Shown here in pieces: positions 11,938 to 23,978 of a DNA stretch of 58,623 bases (the stretch's first letter is position 1; each line of letters begins with the position of its first letter). The position numbers and the translations under genes are program-made. Under the pieces are notes generated by a model, which was given only the letters and a program-made list of their open reading frames with translations, was not told the origin of the DNA and made no database searches. Origin of the DNA: Phoronis australis (lineage: Eukaryota > Animalia > Phoronida); contig NMRA01000493.1 of assembly GCA_002633005.1 (NCBI GenBank), positions 51,527 to 110,149 on the forward strand, read 5' to 3'.

Positions 11938-13158
11938 TGTTGACTTGTCACAGACGGTCATGTGCTGAGCATGTCCAAGGCACTAACCATCAACAGGACA
12001 GTCATAGTTTGAAATATCCTTTGTCCTGTAGCTAGGAAAATGTGTTGTTATATTGGCCACGTTTTACAAATGTAAAGCCTATTTGAAAAATCATGGCAGA
12101 AAACATAGCATCTATGAAAACTTCTCAAGTTTCTCCAACTTTCTGCAATTAGAGTTACAGCGCACAATACAACTTCACTAAAAGTTCAAAATCAATATAG
12201 TTAATGCAGTCGAGAATAATTAGAAAAAATTAGGCACCAGCAAATAACTTGAGAAGCTCCAATGGTACGAAATTTAGGTCAGAGAACTGGAATCCAAGCT
12301 TTGGATCCCCCAAATCCCAGTCCTGGACCACAAACACCAAACCCACAGTATAAATTCAATATGCTTGCCCCCATTTGTATACTCCACATAGGCTGAAAAT
12401 ATTTAATACCCAGATACCAAACCCCAGACATGAACCATGAGTCAAGATAGGAATCTGGTTCCTACATCACGACAAGTGGAAAAAGACTATTTCATTGACA
12501 TATCAACCCTTTTTGAGGGTGAGGTAAGGGGAAACATAAGACTTAACAGGCTTATTAAGTGAAATTACTGCAGTCTATATTATGAAGAAAAACTTAACAC
12601 ATAGCTGCTGCTGAATCACCAGGGAATAAAAACTGTGTTAATGTTACATGTTTATTTTTAATTATACTTACGATCTCACAAAATGTGCGGTATTTACATT
12701 TATCAACCTTTGTGCACAAAGTTATTTAATAAAGTCATGAAATGATTTTGTAGTTATTTTAATGTACAGTAACCACAATTACATGAAGCGGCTATGTGCC
12801 TGCGCTTCACGATGGAAGTAACAAAATTTTGATTTAGACCACTTTCTGCAATGAGATTGGTCTCGACTTATACTCTGCTCAGATGAGAAGTGATTTTAGT
12901 TTTTGCAAAGATCTGACAGTTCTTCATTGCTTCCCAAGAACAAAATGACGCCTGACTCTGTTCTTTCCAAGCATATAAATCATCCCTCTTCTGACTAAGG
13001 AATGAGTCGAGACCATTTTAATAACAATAAGTGATCTAAAATAAAAAATACTGTTAAGTTACGTAAGGTGCCTTTATAGCTGCTATGTCCAGGAATGTGA
13101 CGTACATAATGTACAAAGCAAAGCTCATCTCCCTGTAGTAGCTGAGACTGGTCTGGGA

Positions 13159-13307
13159 GTCTTAGGTCTGGTTGCAGATTTACATCAAGTCCTAGGTATG
13201 GGTACAGCTTTACATCAAGTCCTAGGTATGGGTACAGCTTTACATCAAGTCCTAGGTCTGGGTACAACTTTGCATCAAGTCCTAGGTCTGGCTACAGCTT
13301 TACATCC
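13159..13307. repeat. 30-bp minisatellite, about 5 copies
   Basis: Unit GTCCTAGGT(A/C)TGGGTACAGCTTTACATCAA. Confidence 0.92.
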
Positions 13308-15286
13308 ACTTGGCCAATTAAAACATGTTCACAACTTTATCCTTGAACAATGTACAAACCAGGTAACTAAACATAGACTAGACACTGCAACTTCTAAATT
13401 TTATCCATAAATTTTCACTCATGAATCAACAATAAATTAAGAGGACTTTTATTATGCAGAACCATGGAATTCTAACAACATAACAATCAATGAGCCAAAT
13501 GTTCAAACCTGTGAAAACTATCAATTAATTTTACAAACTTATCTAAGGAAAATTGGTTACAACCAAGTTGGACTCACCTAACCATCAAGTCTACTATTCC
13601 CGACTAGTTTCAAATACTGCGTTCACACGCAGCGGAGTATATGGCATTGGAACACCAGCCTTTAAACCATAGGTGGTCTATCTGTCACAATTTTAAACCA
13701 CTTGGAAATGTAACACATTTATTAACTGGCATAAACCAAGCTTCACTGGCATACCATGAAGTTAATGGTTCTAAACATTGAAAGTTTTATAAGCAACCAG
13801 ATCATGGTGTGAAATGCTGAGATAGAACAGAGTTTGTATTTATATATCAACACTGTTTCAGTACTGTACAATAAATTTCTAATCTGTTCAGAATAAAAGC
13901 TAGATGTGTTCACGGAGCCACAACAGTTTGTATTTCAAATTTGCTTTCACGCAATCTCAGGGGTAAAACGTTTTCTTCCAAAAACATGGATTTTAAAATA
14001 ACATTGTCGACCAGAGCATTACTAACCGATCCACTTATAATGCAAACATATGAATCAATATAAAGAAACCATGTTAGTTTGACAACAACAGATGCGACTA
14101 GAGCCTGTACATGGCAAGACTGAAATATTGTATGTCCTACAACAAATACCTTTTACTCCATGTAATAAACAACAAAACTGTCCAGGCTAACAACATTAAG
14201 TCAAGAAAATCTAAAGACAATTGCTAAGTCATGATTTACATACCTGTACTCAATATACAACAGTTTTACCCGTCAGATTTACTACTCTTAAAACTCATTC
14301 CTACATTAAAAATACTGTCGATACTTAGACCAGTTGATAACACCCCAAATATCAAAGTTTCCCAAATTTTAATTACAACACAAACACTATGAACTTGATC
14401 GTTGTTCACGACACCTGGTTTATTGATCATTTCACATCCGAGATTCACTATTCAACATAAAAATCCAAGGTATGCTTTTTGCTAACACCAACTACAAACT
14501 AACACGAAATAAAAATGATATTGTATTTTCTACAACTCTGCATCCACTCGGGAACTGTATGTCTGACAGGAAAGGTAATTCAATAATTACCACAGTGGAA
14601 AAAACCCTTACCAATCCACAAAACACGTCGCATGAACCCTTACGACACACTGTAAAGAATCACTATGCACACAATTTTAGTACACAGTGCACGGTAAAAG
14701 TTCTGGTGCTCTGTAGCGTTTTGTGGTGATTTCCATCACGTAACATTTTCTTAAGTGAGTAGTATCAGTTAACAAATGCTGTCCAAAGTTATATAATGAA
14801 TCCTGGTGGGGGGTGTAAGAATATACATAACAACTGAATCCCTTGCTTATCCATAGCAGAATAGAAGCATAGCAATCACTATTCAAATCTTCTACAAGTA
14901 AAGTTAAAAATCAGGACATGAGCAAACCATCAATTTGTTTCCGTAGACAGCAAGACAGCACACAGTCACTCACAGACAGACTCTTTTAGACAAGTGCCTA
15001 TTCAAAACTATTGTATTCTCAACAAGCATCTAACTTGGGTTACATCCTTTGTTCTAACCTAGTTTTTTTGCCAACAACTGTTTGGATTCCAAGTTTTGTT
15101 TCTACCGTACCTTGCATGGTTAAGTGATCTAGCAAGTAAAACCGTGAAGAAGTATGAAGAACAGGTTAAGGGGTAAAGAACTAAGAGTTATTATCTTATG
15201 TTAAAATTGTTCACATCAAGGGGAAAGTGCAATGTTATGAAAATCTATAAATGTTTACCATGATACATGACAAACACATCCCACTA

Positions 15287-15487
15287 TCATGTAGTGCAAT
15301 GTGACGCGCTGGTGAAAAGGTGTAAAACATTGACCAGGACAAACGTGACAACAGCGCCGATGGTTGAGCCAACCTGTGTGAGGGCACCACACCAGAGGAG
15401 GCCATTACGACCGTCATCCCTGAGGATCATCGCCACCATGACCTTGGAGTATGAGAAAAGACCACTACAGGCCAACCAAACAAGAAT
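15287..15487 (-). CDS. SLC52A3: SLC52A riboflavin transporter, terminal coding exon
   Basis: ttccag|ATT..TGA; ILVWLACSGLFSYSKVMVAMILRDDGRNGLLWCGALTQVGSTIGA...LVNVLHLFTSASHC matches the SLC52 C-terminus; the symbol is family-level. Confidence 0.92.
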   Translation of the reverse strand: MLVWLACSGLFSYSKVMVAMILRDDGRNGLLWCGALTQVGSTIGAVVTFVLVNVLHLFTSASHCTT

Positions 15488-15853
15488 CTGGAATGAGGGA
15501 GACAATTAGGATGATTTCATCAAAAGCACCGTTGTCTTTTCAAATGCATTGTGGGGCACTTGTTTGCCAGTTACATTAAAGGTAACTTAGTGAAATATTG
15601 AGTAAAAACATGATGGAAAAGAAAACTTGCTGGTCGTGTATGTACAATAAATCAACCATCATAGATTTTTTTCAAAGTATTTGAAAACTTGCATTCTCAG
15701 CCAACACTTCAAATTACACATAGAGCTTGATCTGGCTGAAGAAGTGACGTTTCAGCCAACATGGCTATGAATAAAATCCAACATGACAATACATCCCAAG
15801 AAATGATGTCTAGGTAAACATGTGAAAGCAAGGTTTCATTAAAAAATACTCAC

Positions 15854-17704
15854 TGTCACGACATCACCGGCCACAGAGTCATAGAGTGGGGGATGGGGGC
15901 TCATCCCCGCCAGCACCAGGGTGTAGACAGCACAACACACCGCTACCACAGTGATTGCACCCAGTGACTTGTAGGACTTGGTGGGAACAAAAAAGGCTAC
16001 AAAACAGGCGAGCGGGTTCATCACATTGCACAGCCTCACCACTAGACTGTATACCAAGGACCCGTATGGAAGAGCTGAATAAGTTTGTGTTGAGGGCAGT
16101 ACACCATTACTGAGAGCGTTGACTACTGTGATAAGTGACAATAAATAAACGTAGTCAAAACGCTCAAGTTTGCCATCTTCTGGTTCAGGCTCACCTGCTG
16201 GTGTGACAGGAGAGTGTGGAGGAGGCATTTCCTCCCGATCTTCGAGCACGGGGTGCAGATCGGGGCGTGAGAAAGTCAACTCCATTGGACCAAAACTTGA
16301 TGTCCTGCGACTTGAAGGCTTGAAGGAATGTTGGCGTGTTATCGACGTTACCGAGTGGTAGCGTCGACGGCATGGTGTCGATGTTGGTGGCTCAAACACA
16401 CTGTCATTGTCATCTTGGTCGGTTGCATCAGGTAGACCCCCCGTAGTCATAGCACCTGGTGTGGAGCAGTGTTTCACACGAGTCTTCTCTGAAAAATTGT
16501 TACGTATCGGACTCGGCAGGTCAGTCTCGTCTGTGTGGGTCAACTTTCCGAGCGGAGAACGAACTCTGACGTCAGCAACCCCGGCTACAGGAGTTAGTGG
16601 CTTTCTCTCTGGGAATGTCTCGAAATATTTGGCTTCTTCATGTGGGCTAGAATCATTCAGATGGCCATTTTCTGTGTCTTTATCACCAGAGAGCGCCCCT
16701 GGTTCATCTTCCGTCAGGTGGTAACTTTTACAATGTGGCAAGAAGTTCAACAAGATGAATGCAATACCGCACACTGTCATCATCACAAACAGAAAGAAAT
16801 AGAAATCTTCGACGGAAAAATTGGGTTCCAGAAGAACCATAACTACTTTCCAGTCTTCGACTACTTCAGTGGTCCCATTAATTGTCTTATTAACGAGAAC
16901 TGAGACATTTGTACAATTGTAATTCCCAGCCCCTTGCCCAAGAGACACTAAGCTTGGTGTGAGACCACTGAAACCCTCCCCGATGTAAAAAGCCGTCATG
17001 TATTCTTCTGGGAAAATGGCCATGAATGGCAAAAAGACAACGGATGAAGTACAGTCTACGAACGCCAGAAAGAAAGTTAATAGTAACAATGCTGTACTAT
17101 GCTCAACACCACCAATGTAAGATGTGTCACGCCAAAAGAATGCCAGTAAGAAACATGACACAGCACCAACGATGACGATAGCGTACACTACAGGTTTTTC
17201 TTTCACTTTGTTTGGATTCAATGTAAACGCAACAAAGAATATTAAAGGTCCGATATTGGCTAGCTGAATGGCGACGGAGAGATAGGATGGAAGGTCCCAA
17301 CCTTCAGGAAGCTGAGGGACAAGCAGCGGTAGCTCCACCCAGATGCCATTGATGGCAATCCACGAGCCTGAACCGAATATTATGACTAATAAGTACACAA
17401 GTACAGACATATTGTTACAGCAATTACACAGTAAAAACTTTTGACTGCCAGCTTCCACTTTCACTTCAACGTCATTATCCACAGGCTCCGGCTTCTGGTG
17501 TGACTGTAGCCTTGATTCTGTCAACTGATTGTCTGCCTCCACATCCAGACGGAGGCCCAGTTTGTTCCTTTGCTGGGCAGGAGTTGTCCCCCCTCCCGAG
17601 TACAACAGTTCATGTTCCCCAGAAGACATGGTTTTTGAGCCTAGAAGAGGGGTGTCTGAGCCATGTAATGAGTTGTCTTCATTGCTGTCACTTTGTTGAG
17701 ACAT
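15854..17704 (-). CDS. SLC52A3: SLC52A riboflavin transporter, first coding exon (617 codons)
   Basis: ATG at 17704 (in-frame stop upstream, acceptor at 17732); motifs GSWIAINGIWVELP, LPEGWDLPSYLS, DCTSSVVFLPFM, NALSNGVLPSTQTYSALPYG; donor ACA|gtgagt. Confidence 0.95.
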
Positions 17705-19059
17705 TGTAGACACTCCTGATCATTCTGGTAACTGAAAGGGAAAGTGATCACTCAGTTTAATATCATCGCCTTGAGATCTGGGACATATACAGAAGAGGCA
17801 AATAATAAAACGATTGTTTGGATTTATTTGACCGTGCCAGCTTATTTTAATCTTTAAAGCATACCTCTAGTCAGTGTTCTCCACAACCTGTTTTTGACTT
17901 GTCACTGCGTCGAGTTCGAATTTTGTCAAAACGAGTTTGGCTTTCTTGGTTCGAGTTTGAAACCCTATGCAACGAGTTTGCAGTATCAGTAGATCAGTCA
18001 TTTCTTACGCAAAATTATTATTAACTTAGTTGTCATTGTAGTTAGTAGTTACCAGTAGCTGCAACAATTTTGTTCTTGAGCATACATTTACATTAACGAA
18101 CAGGTTGGGGCTGCACCTTTCCTGCAGGAGGGGGTATCAAACCCNNNNNNNNNNNNNNNNNCGAACCCCCCCCCCCCCCTGGCTACAGGCATGCATACTA
18201 AAGGTACATAAGCTCTTATGATTGTGACAAGACCATGGCACATTGCGGATGCCGAGATTATCATCATCATGATGAAGACGCGTGTTGCTGACATCTCAGC
18301 ATTTAGAATATATTATAAATATATAATATATATAAAAAGTGTGAGTAATAAATACATAAAGAGCACATCCACTAATCTAAATAAATTTGAAATTGTCCCT
18401 TCTGGTTGAAGTCGGGATTAGCTTGCATAACATTAACAAGCTCGTGCAAGCGCAGGTCACGTGCCCAGAATTGCCAGAAATTGCATAAGCGTGGTCTCGA
18501 GTAAATAACAAACTAACAGTACTTTTGAAGACATAAAAGCATACTTGAGCAATTTAACTCCACATTCATAGTGGTGTGTGGGACCATAGATAGATGTACT
18601 ATAGTCTATGGTGGGACTAAGTGCAAAGCACCGTGGGTTTACCACCGATTTTTAAAACATTTCCGGTGGCTATGGCAATTCGGCACTATCAGTGAGTAAG
18701 TGCGGCAACTCACGCCTAACCATTGACATCAACTTACCACAGTTATAACAGTAAACATGATAACCTCTTTCGCCTGACAAAAATGCGGAAACCGAACAGT
18801 AACTATAAGTTGTTCACGCTGTTCGATCACTGACATTGTTCAACCCGACAAGTGGTATTCAAGGTTGTTATAGAAGATCTCATAATCTGAAGCATTCACA
18901 CTTTAAGAGGCTCAAAGTCGGTCTCATTCACGGGCGTAGTTCATACGCTCGCTGGTTCCCTGCTTGTCCGCTAGGGATAAACAAAGTGGCATGAAGTGTA
19001 AATGTGCCATGTAGTTTCTGGTCTAGTGTTGTACAGACAAATCGCTTAATTCATGTTCA

Positions 19060-19648
19060 CAGTGGCGGATCTAGGATTTCACAAGGGGGGGGCCCAACAT
19101 TTTGTCCGGCTGGAAGCATTTGCGCAAACTGAACCACGATTGTAGATGCGCATAGCACCGAATGGGGGGAGGAAATTTTTCTGTTTTTACCTCTAAAAAT
19201 CAAGCATTTTCCTTGATTCCTGAAGTATTANNNNNNNNNNNNNNNNNNNNNNNNNNNNNNNNNNNNNNNNNNNNNNNNNNNNNNNNNNNNNNNNNNNNNN
19301 NNNNNNNNNNNNNNNNNNNNNNNNNNNNNNNNNNNNNNNNNNNNNNNNNNNNNNNNNNNNNNNNNNNNNNNNNNNNNNNNNNNNNNNNNNNNNNNNNNNN
19401 NNNNNNNNNNNNNNNNNNNNNNNNNNNNNNNNNNNNNNNNNNNNNNNNNNNNNNNNNNNNNNNNNNNNNNNNNNNNNNNNNNNNNNNNNNNNNNNNNNNN
19501 NNNNNNNNNNNNNNNNNNNNNNNNNNNNNNNNNNNNNNNNNNNNNNNNNNNNNNNNNNNNNNNNNNNNNNNNNNNNNNNNNNNNNNNNNNNNNNNNNNNN
19601 NNNNNNNNNNNNNNNNNNNNNNNNNNNNNNNNNNNNNNNNNNNNNNNN
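19060..19648. mobile_element. hAT-like MITE with 5-bp TSD, mostly lost in an assembly gap
   Basis: Starts CAGTGGCGGATCTAGG; GTTCA at 19055-19059 and again right after the N gap (19649-19653); first 170 bp match 21075-21245. Confidence 0.7.
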
Positions 19649-19779
19649 GTTCAAGAAATGTGAATCAGAAAGTTGTGCATGGTTGTGCCTTTTCGGAGTG
19701 CATTTATTACTGTCACTGACCTGTCCTGTATTGAGAATTACACATTGGTTAAATGAGTCAGCCAGATATGTCGGTGCCC

Positions 19780-22694
19780 GCTGTGCTTCAAGCACGCGGA
19801 TTTAAAACATTACTGCAGAAACGAAATATTTGCCGTCACACCACGACTAGGCTAAAAATCGTTCATAATCCGTCATTTTCCGTAAAGCTAACTATATGAC
19901 TGTCGAGCTAGGTTACATCAACCACTAAAAACGCGCGTGCTACTAAATCAATGCTGCGTGTTCCCCCTAGCGCACACTGAAGCAGGGAACGGCAGCGCGG
20001 CGATGAGGCGGGCGCCAACTGAGGGCGCTATTTCCTTTCGTGCTGTTCCAACACACACTACAGCCCCCAACTCAGTGATGAACACACTGTGTTATGAGTT
20101 ATGCAATTGACAAGAACCAGTTTAATTTGTTGCCTCGTAAATGTGGTTAGCTTTCCACTAAGTCATTAGTGCAATTTTCCAACTGCTGGTTTAGGCCTAG
20201 TGATTGCCCCATTTTAATTGTTGCACGCGCCCAACTAATTAATAACGCCGAATGACTTGAGTGCCGCTGTGCACTTTGAGGCCTGCAAAACTGAATTCAT
20301 TGGCGAACTAACTTGCTCAAAAATATGAACCTTTAATTTCAGTTTATCAAAATGAACCGTTCCATTTAGCTTTCCCGCTGTGTAGGCCTACGCGGTCGCC
20401 GATAAACAACACACAATTGCATGGAATTGGAAGATTTTTCAGCTACGTCATCAGAATGGAAAATCACCCTTAAGCATTTTCAAATGACAAAAAATGATCC
20501 CGGCACCCGCACAACGAATTTCTCAAGTTTATTGACGACGGAGTAGGCAGCGGCCGACATGACAGGCCCCGCCGCACTATATTCAACTAGCCGTCAATCA
20601 AGGTTTTGGTAGTTCTGCAGAATGGCTGTGCCGCGTGTGTGCCTTGTGCGTGCGTGCTTGCGCGCGCGCGTTCGTATGTATAAGTGGTTTGTGCCCGGCA
20701 GTCACGGTGTGTCTCGTGTGCACGTCTTTGCGTAGTGTATACTATACGAAATTTTATGACAAGAATTGTCGGTGTACGGTTATTTCCTCAGTATAGCGGG
20801 CTATTAATGTATGTATTTTTCTACGATATGATGCATTGTTTACCAAGTTGTCTAGGTCATTGTGATGTACTTCATGATTTCTGGCCACTAGCGCCGCCGC
20901 CCGGCAGCCAACCTTGCCAGTTCATAAGCGCGCCAACATTCGGTCATATGGTTAGAACCATGCGCGTGCTGCCATCAAGATAGGCTTGCACGAGCAGAAC
21001 CTGTTGGCTGGAGCCCCTACTTAACTTTTCGACGTGTCAGTAGTGTGCAATCGGAGGGCCGGCCCCGGATGACCCAGTGGCGGATCTGGGATATCACAAG
21101 GGGGGGGGGCAACATTTTGTCCGGCTGTAAGCATTTGCGCAAACTGAACCGCGATTAGATGCCCATAACACCCTCCCGCTCAGGAAATTTTTCTGTTTTT
21201 ACCTCTTAAATCAAGCATTTTCTTTGATTCCTGAAGTATTATCCAAGAAAAAAAGGAACCAAAAAAAAAAAACACGGAGAAAGTGTCAAACAGAAAAACT
21301 GCAAGTACCAAAGACTCGAACTCACGACTTGGCGGATAGAGCGCGCGTGCGTTACCACTGCACCACCACGATTTATCTTATACTGAGAGACCTCGCTACT
21401 TGTTTATGGTCCACAGCGTTTGCGCGCGAAACCTACTTCTTTTTGTAATGCTTATTACACGTTTTATATTTTGTGCCATCAATTCTTAACAAATTTGTCG
21501 TATTTAAAATAGTCTTCAAATGGCCAAAAGACCAAATCCGTTTTTCGTGTTGTCAATAATGACGGCATTGCTTTGGAAATCGTCTTAAGATAAGGTTTGA
21601 CAAAGAGAGTATTGTGAGTTTCTGAGTGATTCACTAAGGCTTCGATTAAAGTTCACATCTTACTAGCAGATTCTGTTTTTTCATCGTCACTCAGGTTCCA
21701 TTTTCTTTAAAAAATGAAGTAAATTTTCTTCATAGCACAGTGGAGCAGACGACGGAAACGGAGTCGTAGTGCGCAGCGCCACTGCCGGTCGCCTGGGATA
21801 TCGCGGGAGAGCCTATCTACTTAGCCATAGTTCCGTTACGAATGCGCCGTGTTCCGAATTTGATACTTGAAGTTGGATTTGAGCCCCTCCCCAACACTAA
21901 AACTGCACACATTTAAATCCTTTTTCAGCCGTATAATTTTAATTACCAGGGTCTATTAATAAACTCAACATTTCCCTACGCTCTTAAAGTTTTATTTTTT
22001 TGAGGCAGCCAATGGGGGGGGGCGGACCCCCTGGGCCCCCCTAAATCCGCCTATGTGACCATTGAGACCCGGGTCTCGATGCACGACGGCCGAGGCTGGC
22101 CTTTATTGATTGAGAATACAACCGGGACACCTGGATCGGACAAAGACATCTAAACATTTTGAATCTGTCATGGTGGTGACGCTTCCTTAAAAATGCAGGA
22201 CTGTCCCACCACTTTGACCGCGGGATAGCCTATCAGCGGGGCCGAGAGAACGCTTACTGAGTTCACTTGTGGCCGGTCGCCGGGCCGCCGATCCCGAATT
22301 ACATCTTACCTGATCTTACATAAATTATGTTACTCATGACTCATTAAATTTCCTTTTTTCACAAAAATGTACATACGCAGTACCCCCATTGTCATAGGTC
22401 TTCAGTTCTACGGAAGCAACACTGGCGGACTGACGCACAATTAAACTGACGCTCAAAGAATCAGTGGTATTTATTGATGAGTTGGGCCCAAGACTGCGAA
22501 AAAACAGCCCAATCTTAAAACTGTGACGAATGCGGGAACAGACTAGGACACACGGAAGCTCAATGTGAGCATGCGCGAAAACCCGGCGTAATCAACGAGG
22601 TTGAGGATGAAGTTTTAGTTTGCAGTGGTTGTAAGTCTGTGGAAAGCATTTCACAAACACATTAGAAAACTGATGCTGAAATTTTTAAAAGTTA
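19780..22694. promoter_or_regulatory. CpG-rich region between divergent SLC52A and BRD7/9, including the likely BRD7/9 promoter
   Basis: Visibly raised CpG density; CGGAAG (ETS-like) at about 22410 and 22553 and GCATGCGC (NRF1-like) at about 22569. Confidence 0.45.
21075..22055. mobile_element. hAT-like MITE with 5-bp TSD
   Basis: TIRs CAGTGGCGGATCTGGG / CCTAAATCCGCCTATG; TSD TGACC at 21070-21074 and 22056-22060. Confidence 0.8.
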
Positions 22695-22752
22695 ATGAAT
22701 ATGAGTAAAAAACACAAGAAGCATCACAGAGCAGAGAAAAATGGTTCTGCAG
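22695..22752 (+). CDS. BRD7/9: BRD7/9 bromodomain protein exon 1
   Basis: M(NM)SKKHKKHHRAEK resembles MGKKHKKHK of BRD7/BRD9; donor G|gtatt; alternative ATG at 22701. Confidence 0.88.
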
Positions 22753-23689
22753 GTATTGTACTCAACAAAATGTTCTGTATTGACATTGTTTTCATTGTTT
22801 CGACTTTCGTTTTTGTGAATTTTGACAATCTGAATCGGAAGTTATCTTTTTGTCTTTCAGTAGGCCCCTATGTGAAATACATATCGTCTGGTCGTGTGCT
22901 ACTAACAGTGTATCATTTTTTTACATTTAGTGCCATTTTTATTAGTGATCTTTCATTGCTCATTGTGAACCTCACTCAACCACAGGCGTCCTCGGCTTCT
23001 GATCGCGTCCCCAGGACACAACAAAAAAATGTGTAATGCTACAAGGTGTTAAGTGAGACACTCGGGACTAGAAATTCCACTGGTGCTTCGATTTAGCTGT
23101 CCATATCAAACACATAACTTGTTGATGTGCTAGCAGTGAAAGGCATTCTGTTTGGTTAGGAACGTTGAATGCGCAACACTGAACAAACATGTTTACTACA
23201 ATTCCTCATGTTGGGGGGTGTATTACATAACACTTAATTCTCTGAACTACTCCTACACATGCACTCATCCTAAATCACTCCGATATGAGATCATACATAA
23301 CTCAATAAATTTACACAAAACGGGTTCAACAAACCATGAGAAATTGGTCTTTCTTTATCATTCACGGTGTCCTACGTAGTGAGTTCGCAAGAAATTCCCT
23401 GTCAAAGCACAAAAATGTTCCCAAAAAGCTCAAACACACTTTGCAGTTTGACAGTTCGAGGTCATGGATGGTACGTAATTTACCGGTGAATTACGGATGG
23501 ACAGCATTATCGACATCGTGACTACGCGACAAACCGGCAACGTTGTTGCGTCGATGTTTTGGGTAGTTATGGTCCGTATGATCGGTTAACTTTGGTCCTT
23601 CACTGTTTACGTCGACACTCCACTCAGACTTGGGTTAGTCGCTATGAAATGGCCTAATGGCTGGTTACCATTTTACAGACAATGGGAAC

Positions 23690-23850
23690 TTTAGCAAATA
23701 GCAAATGTTGTTTTATGACATCTCCACACTGCAAACCATATTTGTAATAGATTAAAATGTTCTTATTCTTTACTTGTATGGAGAAATTCAACAACAGAAT
23801 TCACTTTTTGGCTATAGTGTGTGTTAAACAAGTGAAGAATTATTAGTAAG
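23690..23850. repeat. Interspersed repeat family, 3 copies in the window
   Basis: AAATGTTGTTTTATGACAT...GTAAT(A/G)G...TTCACTT also at about 40790-40940 and 51650-51790. Confidence 0.55.
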
Positions 23851-23888
23851 TGCAATAGTTTGACCTTGTCAATGCAATGGTTGAATTT

Positions 23889-23978
23889 CAGTTGTAGTCA
23901 TAGACATTGCTGCAAGTAACATCAAAATAGCAGTTGTAGTCATAGACATTGCTGCAAGTAACATCAAAATAGCAGTTG
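23889..23978. repeat. Tandem duplication of about 43 bp
   Basis: CAGTTGTAGTCATAGACATTGCTGCAAGTAACATCAAAATAG twice. Confidence 0.88.

Noticed and set aside
12995-13410. Repeat-peptide ORFs on both strands
   Set aside because: Products of the 30-bp minisatellite
16170-16903. Plus-strand ORFs overlapping SLC52A
   Set aside because: Antisense shadows of a long coding exon
18731-18900. Non-coding first exon of SLC52A (minus-strand G|gtaagt at 18738)
   Set aside because: Plausible, but one donor-like motif is not enough without transcript data
19162-19795. 185-aa and 200-aa ORFs
   Set aside because: Artefacts of the N gap at 19231-19648
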